Virus record (IMG/VR): IMGVR_UViG_3300028573_000011
Span: 31,442 to 95,441 of that record
Source of the DNA: a virus
Length of the DNA stretch: 64,000 bases
Strand: one strand, 5' to 3'
Position 1 is the first letter of the stretch, and each line of letters starts with the position of its first letter. The position numbers and the translations under genes are program-made. The notes under the pieces were generated by a model, which had not been told where the DNA came from, did not search any database, and was given only the letters and a program-made list of their open reading frames with translations. Shown here piece by piece: positions 37,767 to 46,312 of this stretch.

Positions 37767-38104
37767 TTGTTCATCTCCTCGGCGATGCGGGTCTGGACGA
37801 TCTGCGCGAACTTCGAGACCGTCTCAGCGGTCGCGGGCAGGTCGAGCAGCGGCTGCTCCTCGGCCCTCACACTGGAGTCGTACATCCGCATGTCGACGAC
37901 GAGGTTGGCGATGCGCTCGTAGGACTCCCACAGGGCGGCCTTCGGGTTGAGCGGCTGGCCGTTGCTGTCCGTGGCGATGTCGGACACGAGTTCGTCCAGC
38001 GGCACGAGCAACGGGTTGCGGATCTTGACGTAGAGATCGGGCTCGCCGTCTTCAGTCAGTTCGGGGAACGTGATCGTGATGAAGCGCCCCTTGAGTCCCG
38101 CCAT
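37718..38104 (-). CDS. tail assembly chaperone
   Basis: Position immediately after the major tail gene; strong RBS AAAGGAGA. Confidence 0.7.
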   Translation of the reverse strand: MAGLKGRFITITFPELTEDGEPDLYVKIRNPLLVPLDELVSDIATDSNGQPLNPKAALWESYERIANLVVDMRMYDSSVRAEEQPLLDLPATAETVSKFAQIVQTRIAEEMNKGANGSPSTTPDSPAS

Positions 38105-38138
38105 CTGGGACTCTCCTTTCGGGTAGGTGGTGAGTGGA

Positions 38139-39332
38139 TCAGTAGGCTGTTGAGACGAAGTTGGTGACGGTCGCTGCGAAGGCGCCGCCGTCGGTGGCGT
38201 TGTAGATGCCGTCGATGTCGAAGGACGCCGTGACGTAGATGTCGTCCCAGGAGACCTGGCCCTTGTTCCAGCCCGACTTGGTCGACGTCATGGTGATCAC
38301 CGAGCCGCCGAGGACGACTGGCTGGGTGAGGACGGCCGTGCACGGCTGCTGGAGGTACTGCAGGTACAGGTTGAGGTCGGCGTCCGACTCGAAGAGCGCC
38401 TTGTACGAGCCGCTGAAGTCGAAGACGCCCTGGAAGGTCTCCCGGGGCTGCTGGACGCCGTCGGAGCTGTGGATCGCCTCGACCGGCCGCTTGAGGGTCA
38501 TGTCGTAAGACAGGCCGCGGGTGCTTGAGGCTCCCCCGTTGGTCATCGTCCACTGCCAGCCCAGGGCGGGCTGCACGGGCGAGAAGCTCGGCCCGACCTG
38601 GTCGGCGACCTCGGCAGACAGCCAGCCGGTGAACTTCGCCGAGGCGGTCACCATGGCCTTGGGGTCGATCTTGATGCCGAGCTCGCTGCACTTGCAGCCG
38701 GGGAAGCCGCGCGAGTGCGACGGTAGGCCGTTGGCGACCACGTCGTACTTCGTGAAGCTCCAGCTGGTCTGCGCGGCCGCGGGGTTCTGCTTGAAGCTGT
38801 GCGTCGACTGGGAGATCACCGAGCCGCCGGCTGCGGTATGTGCGTAGCGGGTGCCGGTCGAGGGCGTGGTGACGTTCGCGGTGTAGGGCCCGGAGCCGGA
38901 GACGGTCCCGATCTGGACGTACTCCAGGTTCGCGCCGCCGGTGTCGGAGATCTGGATGATCGCGTTGTTGCCGGGGTTGGCTGTGAAAGACAGCGGCGAT
39001 CCGCCGAGGCCTCCGCCGACGACGCAGTCCGCGGTGAGGGTGGTGGTCACGCCGGCTGTGGTGACGGTGTCCGGCCCGATGATGGCGCGGAACAGGTACG
39101 GGAGCGCGTCCGCGTACGCCGCCATCTCGAAGTCGAACGAGCTCTGACCGGGCCCCTGGTAGAGGCCCTGGAGCCCGGTGTCGTTGTTCCGGAAGCTCTC
39201 GTCGCGCAGCGGGTCGTAGACGTCGACCGCATCGCACTTGGTCACGGCGAAGTCGAACCCCGGGGCCAGGTAGCTGCCCTGCGCGCTCTCCTTCCGGCCG
39301 CCGATGTATCCGAGCCGAGAAACAGAGCTCAT
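38139..39332 (-). CDS. major tail tube protein
   Basis: LGYIG..KES..G.Y start; beta-rich; position in tail module. Confidence 0.8.
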   Translation of the reverse strand: MSSVSRLGYIGGRKESAQGSYLAPGFDFAVTKCDAVDVYDPLRDESFRNNDTGLQGLYQGPGQSSFDFEMAAYADALPYLFRAIIGPDTVTTAGVTTTLTADCVVGGGLGGSPLSFTANPGNNAIIQISDTGGANLEYVQIGTVSGSGPYTANVTTPSTGTRYAHTAAGGSVISQSTHSFKQNPAAAQTSWSFTKYDVVANGLPSHSRGFPGCKCSELGIKIDPKAMVTASAKFTGWLSAEVADQVGPSFSPVQPALGWQWTMTNGGASSTRGLSYDMTLKRPVEAIHSSDGVQQPRETFQGVFDFSGSYKALFESDADLNLYLQYLQQPCTAVLTQPVVLGGSVITMTSTKSGWNKGQVSWDDIYVTASFDIDGIYNATDGGAFAATVTNFVSTAY

Positions 39333-39616
39333 GCCGACTCACCTCCGGGTTCGATGGCCGGCTGAGCGGCGGGCTTCTTGGTCTTGGTGGCGGGGGCCTG
39401 GTCGGCGCTCGCCGCGGGGGCGGCCGGCGGTTCGGGCGCGTCGGCCGGTTCGGGTTCCGGCTCGGGGTCGGGCTCGAGCGATGTGAAGCCGGCCAGGAGC
39501 TTGGGCTGGTCGGTCTCTTCGCCGGGGCCGACGGTGAACGGCCGCCCGTCGGGGTTGTCTTTGGTGGGCCACAGCGAGACGTGCTGCGGGTAGCCCGAGG
39601 TGTTGCGCTGGCGCAC
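39329..39616 (-). CDS. small structural-module protein
   Basis: Coupled ORF with Pro/Glu-rich tail. Confidence 0.55.
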   Translation of the reverse strand: MRQRNTSGYPQHVSLWPTKDNPDGRPFTVGPGEETDQPKLLAGFTSLEPDPEPEPEPADAPEPPAAPAASADQAPATKTKKPAAQPAIEPGGESA

Positions 39617-39692
39617 AGCGGACTCCAGACGTGCAGGGGAAAGGGCGTGCCGAGCCCGCGGGCGGCGGCCAGGGGTGGGGTGTGGCCGGCGG

Positions 39693-40172
39693 TCAGCCGG
39701 TGAACTCGAGGTCGTCGGCCTCGTAGGTGATCCGCGCCTCGAACGCGCAGGTCGTCATGGACTGCGGGGCGGACAGGAACTGCACGTCGATGGCGGTCGG
39801 GTTCTCGGCGACGGACAGGAACGTGCCGTGGGTCTTGTCGCCGATCGGGCCGCCGATGCGGGCGATGACGTCGTCGATGGCCTGATCGAAGGCCGCCTGG
39901 TCGCTCTCGGCGTTGCCGGAAGCAGCAGAGAGGGTCCAGCCGCAGATCAGCTCGAAGCCGTAGTGCGGCATCCGGCGCACGTTCGCGGACCGCGTGACCC
40001 GCACGGCGCGCCGCAGGACCCAGATCTGGTTCTGCCGGGTCGCCGGGGTTCGGGGCGCGTAGGCCTGGACGATGTCCCACCGGCCGCCATTGATCTTCAG
40101 CAGTGCTGGGAGCCCGTCGCCTGAGGTGGTGAGCCACGCGGTTTCGCGGGCGACAGCGTCGGCGGTGGACAC
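39693..40172 (-). CDS. tail terminator-like protein
   Basis: Size and position upstream of the tail tube; DKTHG.F motif. Confidence 0.6.
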   Translation of the reverse strand: MSTADAVARETAWLTTSGDGLPALLKINGGRWDIVQAYAPRTPATRQNQIWVLRRAVRVTRSANVRRMPHYGFELICGWTLSAASGNAESDQAAFDQAIDDVIARIGGPIGDKTHGTFLSVAENPTAIDVQFLSAPQSMTTCAFEARITYEADDLEFTG

Positions 40173-40179
40173 GGGTCGG

Positions 40180-40740
40180 TCACCTCCGCCGTCGTCTGCG
40201 TGAGCTGTGGCGGGTCGATCTGCGGTGGTGGCCGGCGGAGTGCCGGGCGGCGCGGTGGGAGTGCGCGCGGGCGGCCGACATCTTCGCCCTGCGGGCGGCC
40301 TTCTCGGCCGGGGTCATGGCGGCCAGGTGCGCGCGGAGCGAAGCCGTACGCTTCGCGCTTCGGGCGGCCTTCTCAGCCGGGGTGAGCTTGGCGTTCGCCG
40401 CCTTGAGGGCCTTGGAGAGCTTGGCCGTGCGCGCCGCGCGCTGCTCGGCGGTGAGCTTCGCGTTCGCGGCCCTCATCGCCGCCGACTGCTTGGCCGCGCG
40501 CGCGGCCTTCTGGGCCGGGGTGAGTTTCGCCAGGGCGGCCTTGCGTTTGGCGGCCATCGCCGCCTTGCGCGCGGCGCGCTGCGCCGGCGTCATCGCGGCC
40601 AGCTTCTTCTTCATCGCCGCGACGCGCTTGGCGGTCTCGGCCTTCTTCTGCGCCGCAGTGAGGTGGTTCCAGCGCGCCTTCATCCTGGCGGCGAGTGCGG
40701 CCCGGGCCTTGGGCGAGAGGTGGTGCTTTGCCTTGGCCAT
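40180..40740 (-). CDS. highly basic Ala/Lys/Arg repeat protein (histone H1/protamine-like)
   Basis: Six ~23-aa repeats with core (L/M)T(P/A)(A/E)(Q/E)(K/R)AAR; poly-Arg C-terminus; only about 4 acidic residues. Confidence 0.8.
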   Translation of the reverse strand: MAKAKHHLSPKARAALAARMKARWNHLTAAQKKAETAKRVAAMKKKLAAMTPAQRAARKAAMAAKRKAALAKLTPAQKAARAAKQSAAMRAANAKLTAEQRAARTAKLSKALKAANAKLTPAEKAARSAKRTASLRAHLAAMTPAEKAARRAKMSAARAHSHRAARHSAGHHRRSTRHSSRRRRRR

Positions 40741-40743
40741 TGG

Positions 40744-41400
40744 CTACTCGCGCATGTAGGGCACGAGCATGCTCTGTGCCTTGATCCGCAGCACGTCAGG
40801 GTCGTGGCCGTGGTCGCCGAGCGGATCGAGCTCGTCGATCACGTAGGCGGCGCCCAGATACTTGCAGGCGCGGACCAGGTCGGCCGGGACCGTGCTGTAG
40901 CCGCCGGAGTAGGTGACGTGCACCCGGGAGCCGACGGGCAGGAACAGGCCGAGCTGGAACCAGACGTGCCCGGAGTCCGGGTCCGGGCCGTCGAGCAGGG
41001 TCGTCACGGTCTGGGTGCCGCCGTAGGAGCGGACGATGCTGATCGAGATGTTCGAGTACGTCCAGTACTCGGGGTGCCGCGGGGCGAACTCGTTCAGCCA
41101 GATCTGCCGCACCTGATCGCTGGAGTTGAGCGAGGCGGCGTAGGACTGGCCGATCGCGCCCTTGATGTCCAGCGGGAGATTCGCCGAGTCGCTGAGCTCG
41201 TCGGGATCGATGCCCTCAGCGCGGTGCGACTCGGTGATGGTGAACGGGGCCAAACGCCGAGAGCACATGCCCTCCAGCTCCCGGGTGGCCTCGATCAGCG
41301 CCTGGTCGATCGCGTCCGTGGAGTAGTTGCGGACGAGGTCGGCGAAGGCGCCGTTCTCGAGCTGGGCGCGGGTGGCGAGGGGAATCGGAGAGTCTGACAC
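40744..41400 (-). CDS. head-to-tail adaptor
   Basis: ALIEATRELEG.C.R; VTYSGGY..VPADLVRAC. Confidence 0.8.
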   Translation of the reverse strand: MSDSPIPLATRAQLENGAFADLVRNYSTDAIDQALIEATRELEGMCSRRLAPFTITESHRAEGIDPDELSDSANLPLDIKGAIGQSYAASLNSSDQVRQIWLNEFAPRHPEYWTYSNISISIVRSYGGTQTVTTLLDGPDPDSGHVWFQLGLFLPVGSRVHVTYSGGYSTVPADLVRACKYLGAAYVIDELDPLGDHGHDPDVLRIKAQSMLVPYMRE

Positions 41401-41428
41401 CGGTCATCCCTCCTGCGTCCGCGGCGTT

Positions 41429-41836
41429 CTACTTGCCCTTGCCTCGTGGCTTGGGGGCTTCGACGACCGGGTCGGCCGGCGCGATCTCGGACAGCTCGGG
41501 TTCGGTGGGCGGTTCGTCCGGCTCGGGCTTCGATTCAGCCGCCGGCTCGGGCTCGGGTTCGGCGGCAAGCTCGGGCTCGGGCTCGGGTTCGGCCGTCGGC
41601 TCTACGGCGGCCTCGTCGGTCGCCGCAGGCAGCGGCTCATCGGTCGCACCTTCGTCCTCTGGGTCGTCGTCCGGCTCGTAGATGACTGTGAAGCCCTCCG
41701 CGGAGCCGAGTTCGGCCAGAACGTAGTCGGGGACCTGGATCGCGGCGCCGTCGGTGGGCCACGAGTAGAGCCAGGGGCCGTTGGGTCCGTAGCCGGCGGC
41801 GCTGCCCGCGCGGGTCTTGGCCAGAAGTGCGGCCAT
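41429..41836 (-). CDS. small acidic Pro/Glu-rich protein downstream of the capsid gene
   Basis: RBS GGAG before ATG 41836; PEPEP-rich. Confidence 0.65.
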   Translation of the reverse strand: MAALLAKTRAGSAAGYGPNGPWLYSWPTDGAAIQVPDYVLAELGSAEGFTVIYEPDDDPEDEGATDEPLPAATDEAAVEPTAEPEPEPELAAEPEPEPAAESKPEPDEPPTEPELSEIAPADPVVEAPKPRGKGK

Positions 41837-41901
41837 GCGTATCACTCCAGGGGACGGGCGGAGCCCGGGTGGTCCGGGCTCCGCCAGATGGGTGTCTGGG
41901 C

Positions 41902-43266
41902 TCAGACCGCGACGGCAACGCGGGACAGGCGTCCGGTGTACTTCGGGGCGCGGACGGCCAGGGTGGTGTCCGACACCAGCGCGTAGGGCAGCGAGTCCGG
42001 CGACGCGGTCGTCGGGTAGACGTCGATCGGCTGGAGCTCGCGGACCCAGGGGCGGACCACGAAGTTCCGGTCCCGGGAGATCAGGTAGATGTTCTCCAGG
42101 CCGCGGCCCACCGGGTACATGCCGGTGTTCGTCCCGTAGTACTGCGTCGGCAGCGTGCCCGGGGCGGTGGCGCCGTTCATCGGCACCAGCGCAGTGCCGG
42201 TGTCGACGATTGAGGTGGTCAGGATCGGGGTGACGCCGTCGGCGCCCAGGCCCACGGTGGCGTCGACGTAGCCGAGGAAGGTCTCGGCGCCGGCGGCGGT
42301 GGAGCGGTAGACCTTGAGCAGGGTCGGCTGGGCCCCGTCCAGGCCGCTCGGCGTGGAGAAGCTCAGGGTGACGGTCGAGGTGGAGCCGGTGGTGGTCTGG
42401 CTGACCTCGGCCGAGGCGATGACCTCGCCCTGGCGGGCGATGACCGCGCCGAGCCGGTACCAGTAGGTGTTCGCCGCCAGGGTGCCGCCGGTGCCGGCGG
42501 TGGCCGTGGTGACGGAGCCGACGTTGTAGTTGCGGGCGGACAGCATCGAGCTCTTGATCAGGGGGATGTCGCGGTAGGTCGGGACGATCAGACCCGCGGC
42601 GACCTCGACGCGGTCGGCGAAACGCTGCTGGTTCTGTAGCAGCTGCGCGATCTTGCTGATCGCGGTGTTCGACATGACCATCATCCAGGTGTCGTCGAAC
42701 ACGTTCATGGCCGCGTTGGTCTCGACCATGTCGATCAGCTCGTCCAGCATCGCCAGCGTCAGCGTGTTGCCGGTCTGGTCGATCGCGTTCTGCGCGCCGC
42801 CGGAGTAGGTCGAGACCTGGGTGTCCAGGCCGTCGAACTGCGGCGCCGCACCGGTGACGGTGGAGGCGGAGTTGCCCCACAGGATGCCGGCCTCGGTGTC
42901 CCAGGTCAGGCCCCGGATGGCGCCCTCGATTTCGGTGGTGCGCAGGTTCTGGATGACCTGCTTGGTGACCTGCTGGGCGTAGCCGGTGACGGCGCCGACC
43001 ACCTGGAGGTGCTTGATCTGGAAGCTGTTCTGCACGTAGGTGCTGGTGCTGACCGGGCGCGCGCCGCCGTCGGGGACGAATCCGCCGCTGGCGACCTGGT
43101 TTCGGTTGTTCCAGTAGTACGTGTCGGAGTCCCACTTCTGGCTCGGCAGCGAGCGCACCAGCGGGGAGTAGCGCCGCTGGTACTCCAGCAGCATCGGGTC
43201 GATGATCTTCGGGACGAGTGCGGATGCACCGGCCGCGGTCAGAGCCTCGCGGAGCTCGGAGGTCAT
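41902..43266 (-). CDS. major capsid protein (HK97 fold, SU10-like) with beta-sandwich insertion
   Basis: Position after protease/scaffold; ILWGN...QFDGL...LTLAMLDELID; insertion YWYRLGAV...VYRST. Confidence 0.85.
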   Translation of the reverse strand: MTSELREALTAAGASALVPKIIDPMLLEYQRRYSPLVRSLPSQKWDSDTYYWNNRNQVASGGFVPDGGARPVSTSTYVQNSFQIKHLQVVGAVTGYAQQVTKQVIQNLRTTEIEGAIRGLTWDTEAGILWGNSASTVTGAAPQFDGLDTQVSTYSGGAQNAIDQTGNTLTLAMLDELIDMVETNAAMNVFDDTWMMVMSNTAISKIAQLLQNQQRFADRVEVAAGLIVPTYRDIPLIKSSMLSARNYNVGSVTTATAGTGGTLAANTYWYRLGAVIARQGEVIASAEVSQTTTGSTSTVTLSFSTPSGLDGAQPTLLKVYRSTAAGAETFLGYVDATVGLGADGVTPILTTSIVDTGTALVPMNGATAPGTLPTQYYGTNTGMYPVGRGLENIYLISRDRNFVVRPWVRELQPIDVYPTTASPDSLPYALVSDTTLAVRAPKYTGRLSRVAVAV

Positions 43267-43281
43267 GGTTCGCCTGTCTTT

Positions 43282-43402
43282 CGGCAGCGAGGGCTGTTAG
43301 GCCCTGGAATGGCGAAAGCCCCCGGTGACGGGGGCTTTCAGGGGGATGGCGGGGGTTGACCATCGCTGCCGTGCGCGGCACCGGCCCCGGCGTCGGGGCT
43401 GG
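43282..43402 (-). promoter_or_regulatory. structured 5' leader of the capsid gene
   Basis: Outer stem 43282-90/43363-71 encloses an 11-bp hairpin 43314-43339; second hairpin 43381-43402. Confidence 0.6.
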
Positions 43403-43442
43403 CGGTCGTAGGGTCTTGCGGGAGTACCGGCGGGGCGGCGGG

Positions 43443-45170
43443 TCAGCGCGGGAGGGCGCGGTTGCCCATCACGTACTGGTCCAGCTGCGGACCGAAGTAG
43501 GCCTGGCGCTCCTCGGCCGTGTACTTGTGCAGCGGCTTCTGCGGCCAGCTCTCCGGCAGCGCGTCGCCGTTGTCGGCCTCCTCGAGGTCCTGGGCGGCGC
43601 CGCTGACCAGGCCCTTGCGGCCGGGGCCACGGCCGGACTCGACGATGTCCTGGATCATGCGTGTCCGCTCGGTGGCCAGGCGCTCCTCGACGATCCGGGC
43701 GATGCGCTGGTCGTCGGTCTCGGTGACCTGCGCGGCCGGGGCCGGGGCGGCCTCGGTGGCCGCGGGCGCCGCGGCGGCGGGGGCCGCCGGGGCTGCGGCG
43801 GCCGGCGCGGTGCGGGCCAGGAGCGCCTCGAACTGCTCGGCGGTCAGGGTGATCGGGGCGGCCGCGGCCGGGGCTGCCTCGGCAGCCGGGGCGGTCTCGA
43901 CCGCCGTGGTGGTGGGCTCGGTCACGACCGGCTCCTCCGTTTCGGTGTGGGGGTCGGCGGCCGGGTCGGGCGCCGCGGTGGTGGTTTCGGGGGCGGCGTG
44001 CTCGCCGGAGTCCGGGGTTCCCTCGGCCGGGTCTTCGGCTTCGGCCAGCTCGGGACCGTCGGGGGTGCTCTCCAGCCGCTCGGCAGCGGTCTCGCCCATG
44101 GAGCCATCGGTGTCCTCCGCGTCGGCGCCGGGGACGTCCATGTCGCCGTCCATGTCCGGGTCGATGGCGGTCAGGCAGGCCACGGCGCCAGCCATCGCGG
44201 CCTTGCCGATCAGGTCGAGGTCAGCGGGGTCGACGCAGTAGGAGGAGACGGAGATGTTGATCGGACCGTTGGACAGCGAGATGCAGAAGCTGCCGCGCTC
44301 GCGGTCGTCCAGGTAGTGCTCGGCGAGCTGCTCGGTCTCGGTGACGACGCCGATGCGGTCGATGAGCCAGCCCTCGTCGGTGGAGATCTCCACGCCGAAG
44401 CGCTTCAGCGCCGACTTGATCCGCTGCTTGATCCGCTTGAGCTGCGGGCCGGTGTAGGGCTTGGCGTTGTCGGCCTGGTGGATGTACGACCAGGCGGCCT
44501 TGGCCTGGGCCTTGGTGTCCAGGGCGTAGCGCTTGGCCTTGTCCGGCTGGTAGCCGGGGTCGGCGTACGTCGACGCCTTGGTCTGCGGCGCCGCGGCGGC
44601 GCCGGACTTCAGGGGCGCGGCAGCCTCCTGGATCTGCGAGGTCACCAGTGCCTCCTGGACGGATTCGTAGATCAGGGCCCGGCCGTCAGATTCGGCGAGG
44701 CGCTTGACGTTGTCGATGACGGCGCCGGCGACGCCGGGCTTCCGTGTGAAGTCCAGACCGTCGAGTTCGAGGTCGTCGGCGGTCTCGACGGGCTGGCCGT
44801 CGTGCAGCTCTTGGCGCGGCTGGCCCATCCAGGCGCCGCGGATCGAGGTGTTCCGCAGGAACGGGTCTCCGCCGTCAGTGTCGATCAGGCCGGCGATGGT
44901 GTGGCCGTGCGTGGTGTCTGCGATGTCCGCGCTGAAGCGCGCGGAGCCGTCCTCGGCCAACGTCATGCCGGTGAGCCGGCCGACGATGTGGGTGGAGTCG
45001 TCCTCGGCCGCGTGGTGGGTGAGCATCGTCATCGGCGCGGAGCCGTCGGCGATGCGGGCCTGGGCCCGGGCAACGGCCTTGGCGATGGCCTCGCGGGTGT
45101 AGAGCCGGCCGTTGCGGCTGACGCCGGGGACCAGCGCGGTGCCGGTGATGGTCGCGATGCGCTTAGCCAC
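43443..45170 (-). CDS. prohead protease/scaffold fusion
   Basis: N-terminal SRNGRLY...LTHH...TSIRG...DFTRKPG protease-like; central YADPGY...AAWSYI (DUF6582-like); acidic scaffold C-terminus. Confidence 0.8.
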   Translation of the reverse strand: MAKRIATITGTALVPGVSRNGRLYTREAIAKAVARAQARIADGSAPMTMLTHHAAEDDSTHIVGRLTGMTLAEDGSARFSADIADTTHGHTIAGLIDTDGGDPFLRNTSIRGAWMGQPRQELHDGQPVETADDLELDGLDFTRKPGVAGAVIDNVKRLAESDGRALIYESVQEALVTSQIQEAAAPLKSGAAAAPQTKASTYADPGYQPDKAKRYALDTKAQAKAAWSYIHQADNAKPYTGPQLKRIKQRIKSALKRFGVEISTDEGWLIDRIGVVTETEQLAEHYLDDRERGSFCISLSNGPINISVSSYCVDPADLDLIGKAAMAGAVACLTAIDPDMDGDMDVPGADAEDTDGSMGETAAERLESTPDGPELAEAEDPAEGTPDSGEHAAPETTTAAPDPAADPHTETEEPVVTEPTTTAVETAPAAEAAPAAAAPITLTAEQFEALLARTAPAAAAPAAPAAAAPAATEAAPAPAAQVTETDDQRIARIVEERLATERTRMIQDIVESGRGPGRKGLVSGAAQDLEEADNGDALPESWPQKPLHKYTAEERQAYFGPQLDQYVMGNRALPR

Positions 45171-45372
45171 GGCGGCCTCCTCGCGGGGTCTGGAGGACGG
45201 CTCGGGCGTGTGCCTTGGCGATCGCGTCCTTGGCGATGTCGGCGACGGCGGCGCGCACCTGCCGGTCGGAGCGGATCAGCTGGATCAGGAGGTCGCGCAG
45301 GCCTTCGTCGTCCGCGTCGGGGTTGGTGTCGGCCAGCGCGGAGGCGGCCCGCACTCGGCGGGGGGTGTGCAT
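45163..45372 (-). CDS. small hypothetical protein
   Basis: Fills the operon gap. Confidence 0.5.
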   Translation of the reverse strand: MHTPRRVRAASALADTNPDADDEGLRDLLIQLIRSDRQVRAAVADIAKDAIAKAHARAVLQTPRGGRRG

Positions 45373-45373
45373 G

Positions 45374-45826
45374 TCAGCTCGACACGCCGATCAGCGCGGT
45401 GACGGTCGGTGAGGTGCCGCCGGTCAGGGTGGTGAGGTTCGCGCGGACGTACCGGGCCGGGGTGTTGGACGCGGTCGCCACCGCGGTGCCCGAGGTGTTC
45501 GACGTGGCCGACCCCAGGGAGTACCAGTTCGTGCCGTCCAGGGAGCCCTGCAGCTGGACCCCGCAGCCGGACGGGCCGCCGGCGACGGTGACCGCCATGC
45601 TGAAGTTCCCGTGGCAGACGCCCAGGTCGTAGGGTGTGCCCCCGCCGGTGGCGGCGGCGGCGGCCAGAGAGCTCAGCGGCAGAAGGCCGGCGCCGACGGA
45701 CAGCTTGCCGTAGACCGGCGCCGGCGAGGCGCCGACCGCCGTGGCCAGCGAACTGGCGCCCGTGACGGTGGATGCGATCGGGTAGCCGTTGTCGTCGTAG
45801 TTGGTGGAGATGCCGTTCTTGGCCAT
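45374..45826 (-). CDS. beta-sandwich virion (decoration-like) protein
   Basis: VQLQGSLDGTNW...ARYVRA jelly-roll pattern. Confidence 0.6.
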   Translation of the reverse strand: MAKNGISTNYDDNGYPIASTVTGASSLATAVGASPAPVYGKLSVGAGLLPLSSLAAAAATGGGTPYDLGVCHGNFSMAVTVAGGPSGCGVQLQGSLDGTNWYSLGSATSNTSGTAVATASNTPARYVRANLTTLTGGTSPTVTALIGVSS

Positions 45827-45885
45827 GGCGGCCGCCTTTCGAGGTCAGTGAGGGTGCGGGCCGGGAGGCGGCCGGGCGGTGGGGA

Positions 45886-46287
45886 TCAGCGGCCGTACAG
45901 CGAGACGACCGTGCCGGTGAAGGTCGGGGTGGCGGTGCCGCCGACGGTCCAGGAGATGCGGCCGTACTCGGGCAGCACTACCGGCATCAGGCCGGTGCCC
46001 GACGGCAGATGCAGGCCGGCCGAGCCCGATGCGGACCCTGCGCCGGTGAGCTGCGGGGTCGCGTGGAGGATCTGGGTGAGCCAGTTCCCGGCGGCGTCCT
46101 GCAGGTCCAGGTAGACGTCCAGGGTCGGGTTGGTGCCGGTGGCCGCGGTAACGGAGACTGCCAGCCACAGGGAGTTGACGTACCGCAGGTCGATCGGGGT
46201 ATTGCCGGAGTTTCCGCTGGCTGCCAGGGTCGTGCCGGGGTTGCTCCGGTTCGACCACAGGAGCTTCGCGGACGGGGTCGAGTGCAC
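45886..46287 (-). CDS. beta-sandwich virion (decoration-like) protein
   Basis: VSVTAATGTNPTLDVYL...GNW...YGRISWTVGGT.TPTF. Confidence 0.6.
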   Translation of the reverse strand: MHSTPSAKLLWSNRSNPGTTLAASGNSGNTPIDLRYVNSLWLAVSVTAATGTNPTLDVYLDLQDAAGNWLTQILHATPQLTGAGSASGSAGLHLPSGTGLMPVVLPEYGRISWTVGGTATPTFTGTVVSLYGR

Positions 46288-46312
46288 GGGTGCTCCAGGG
46301 TGTGGCGTGTGG

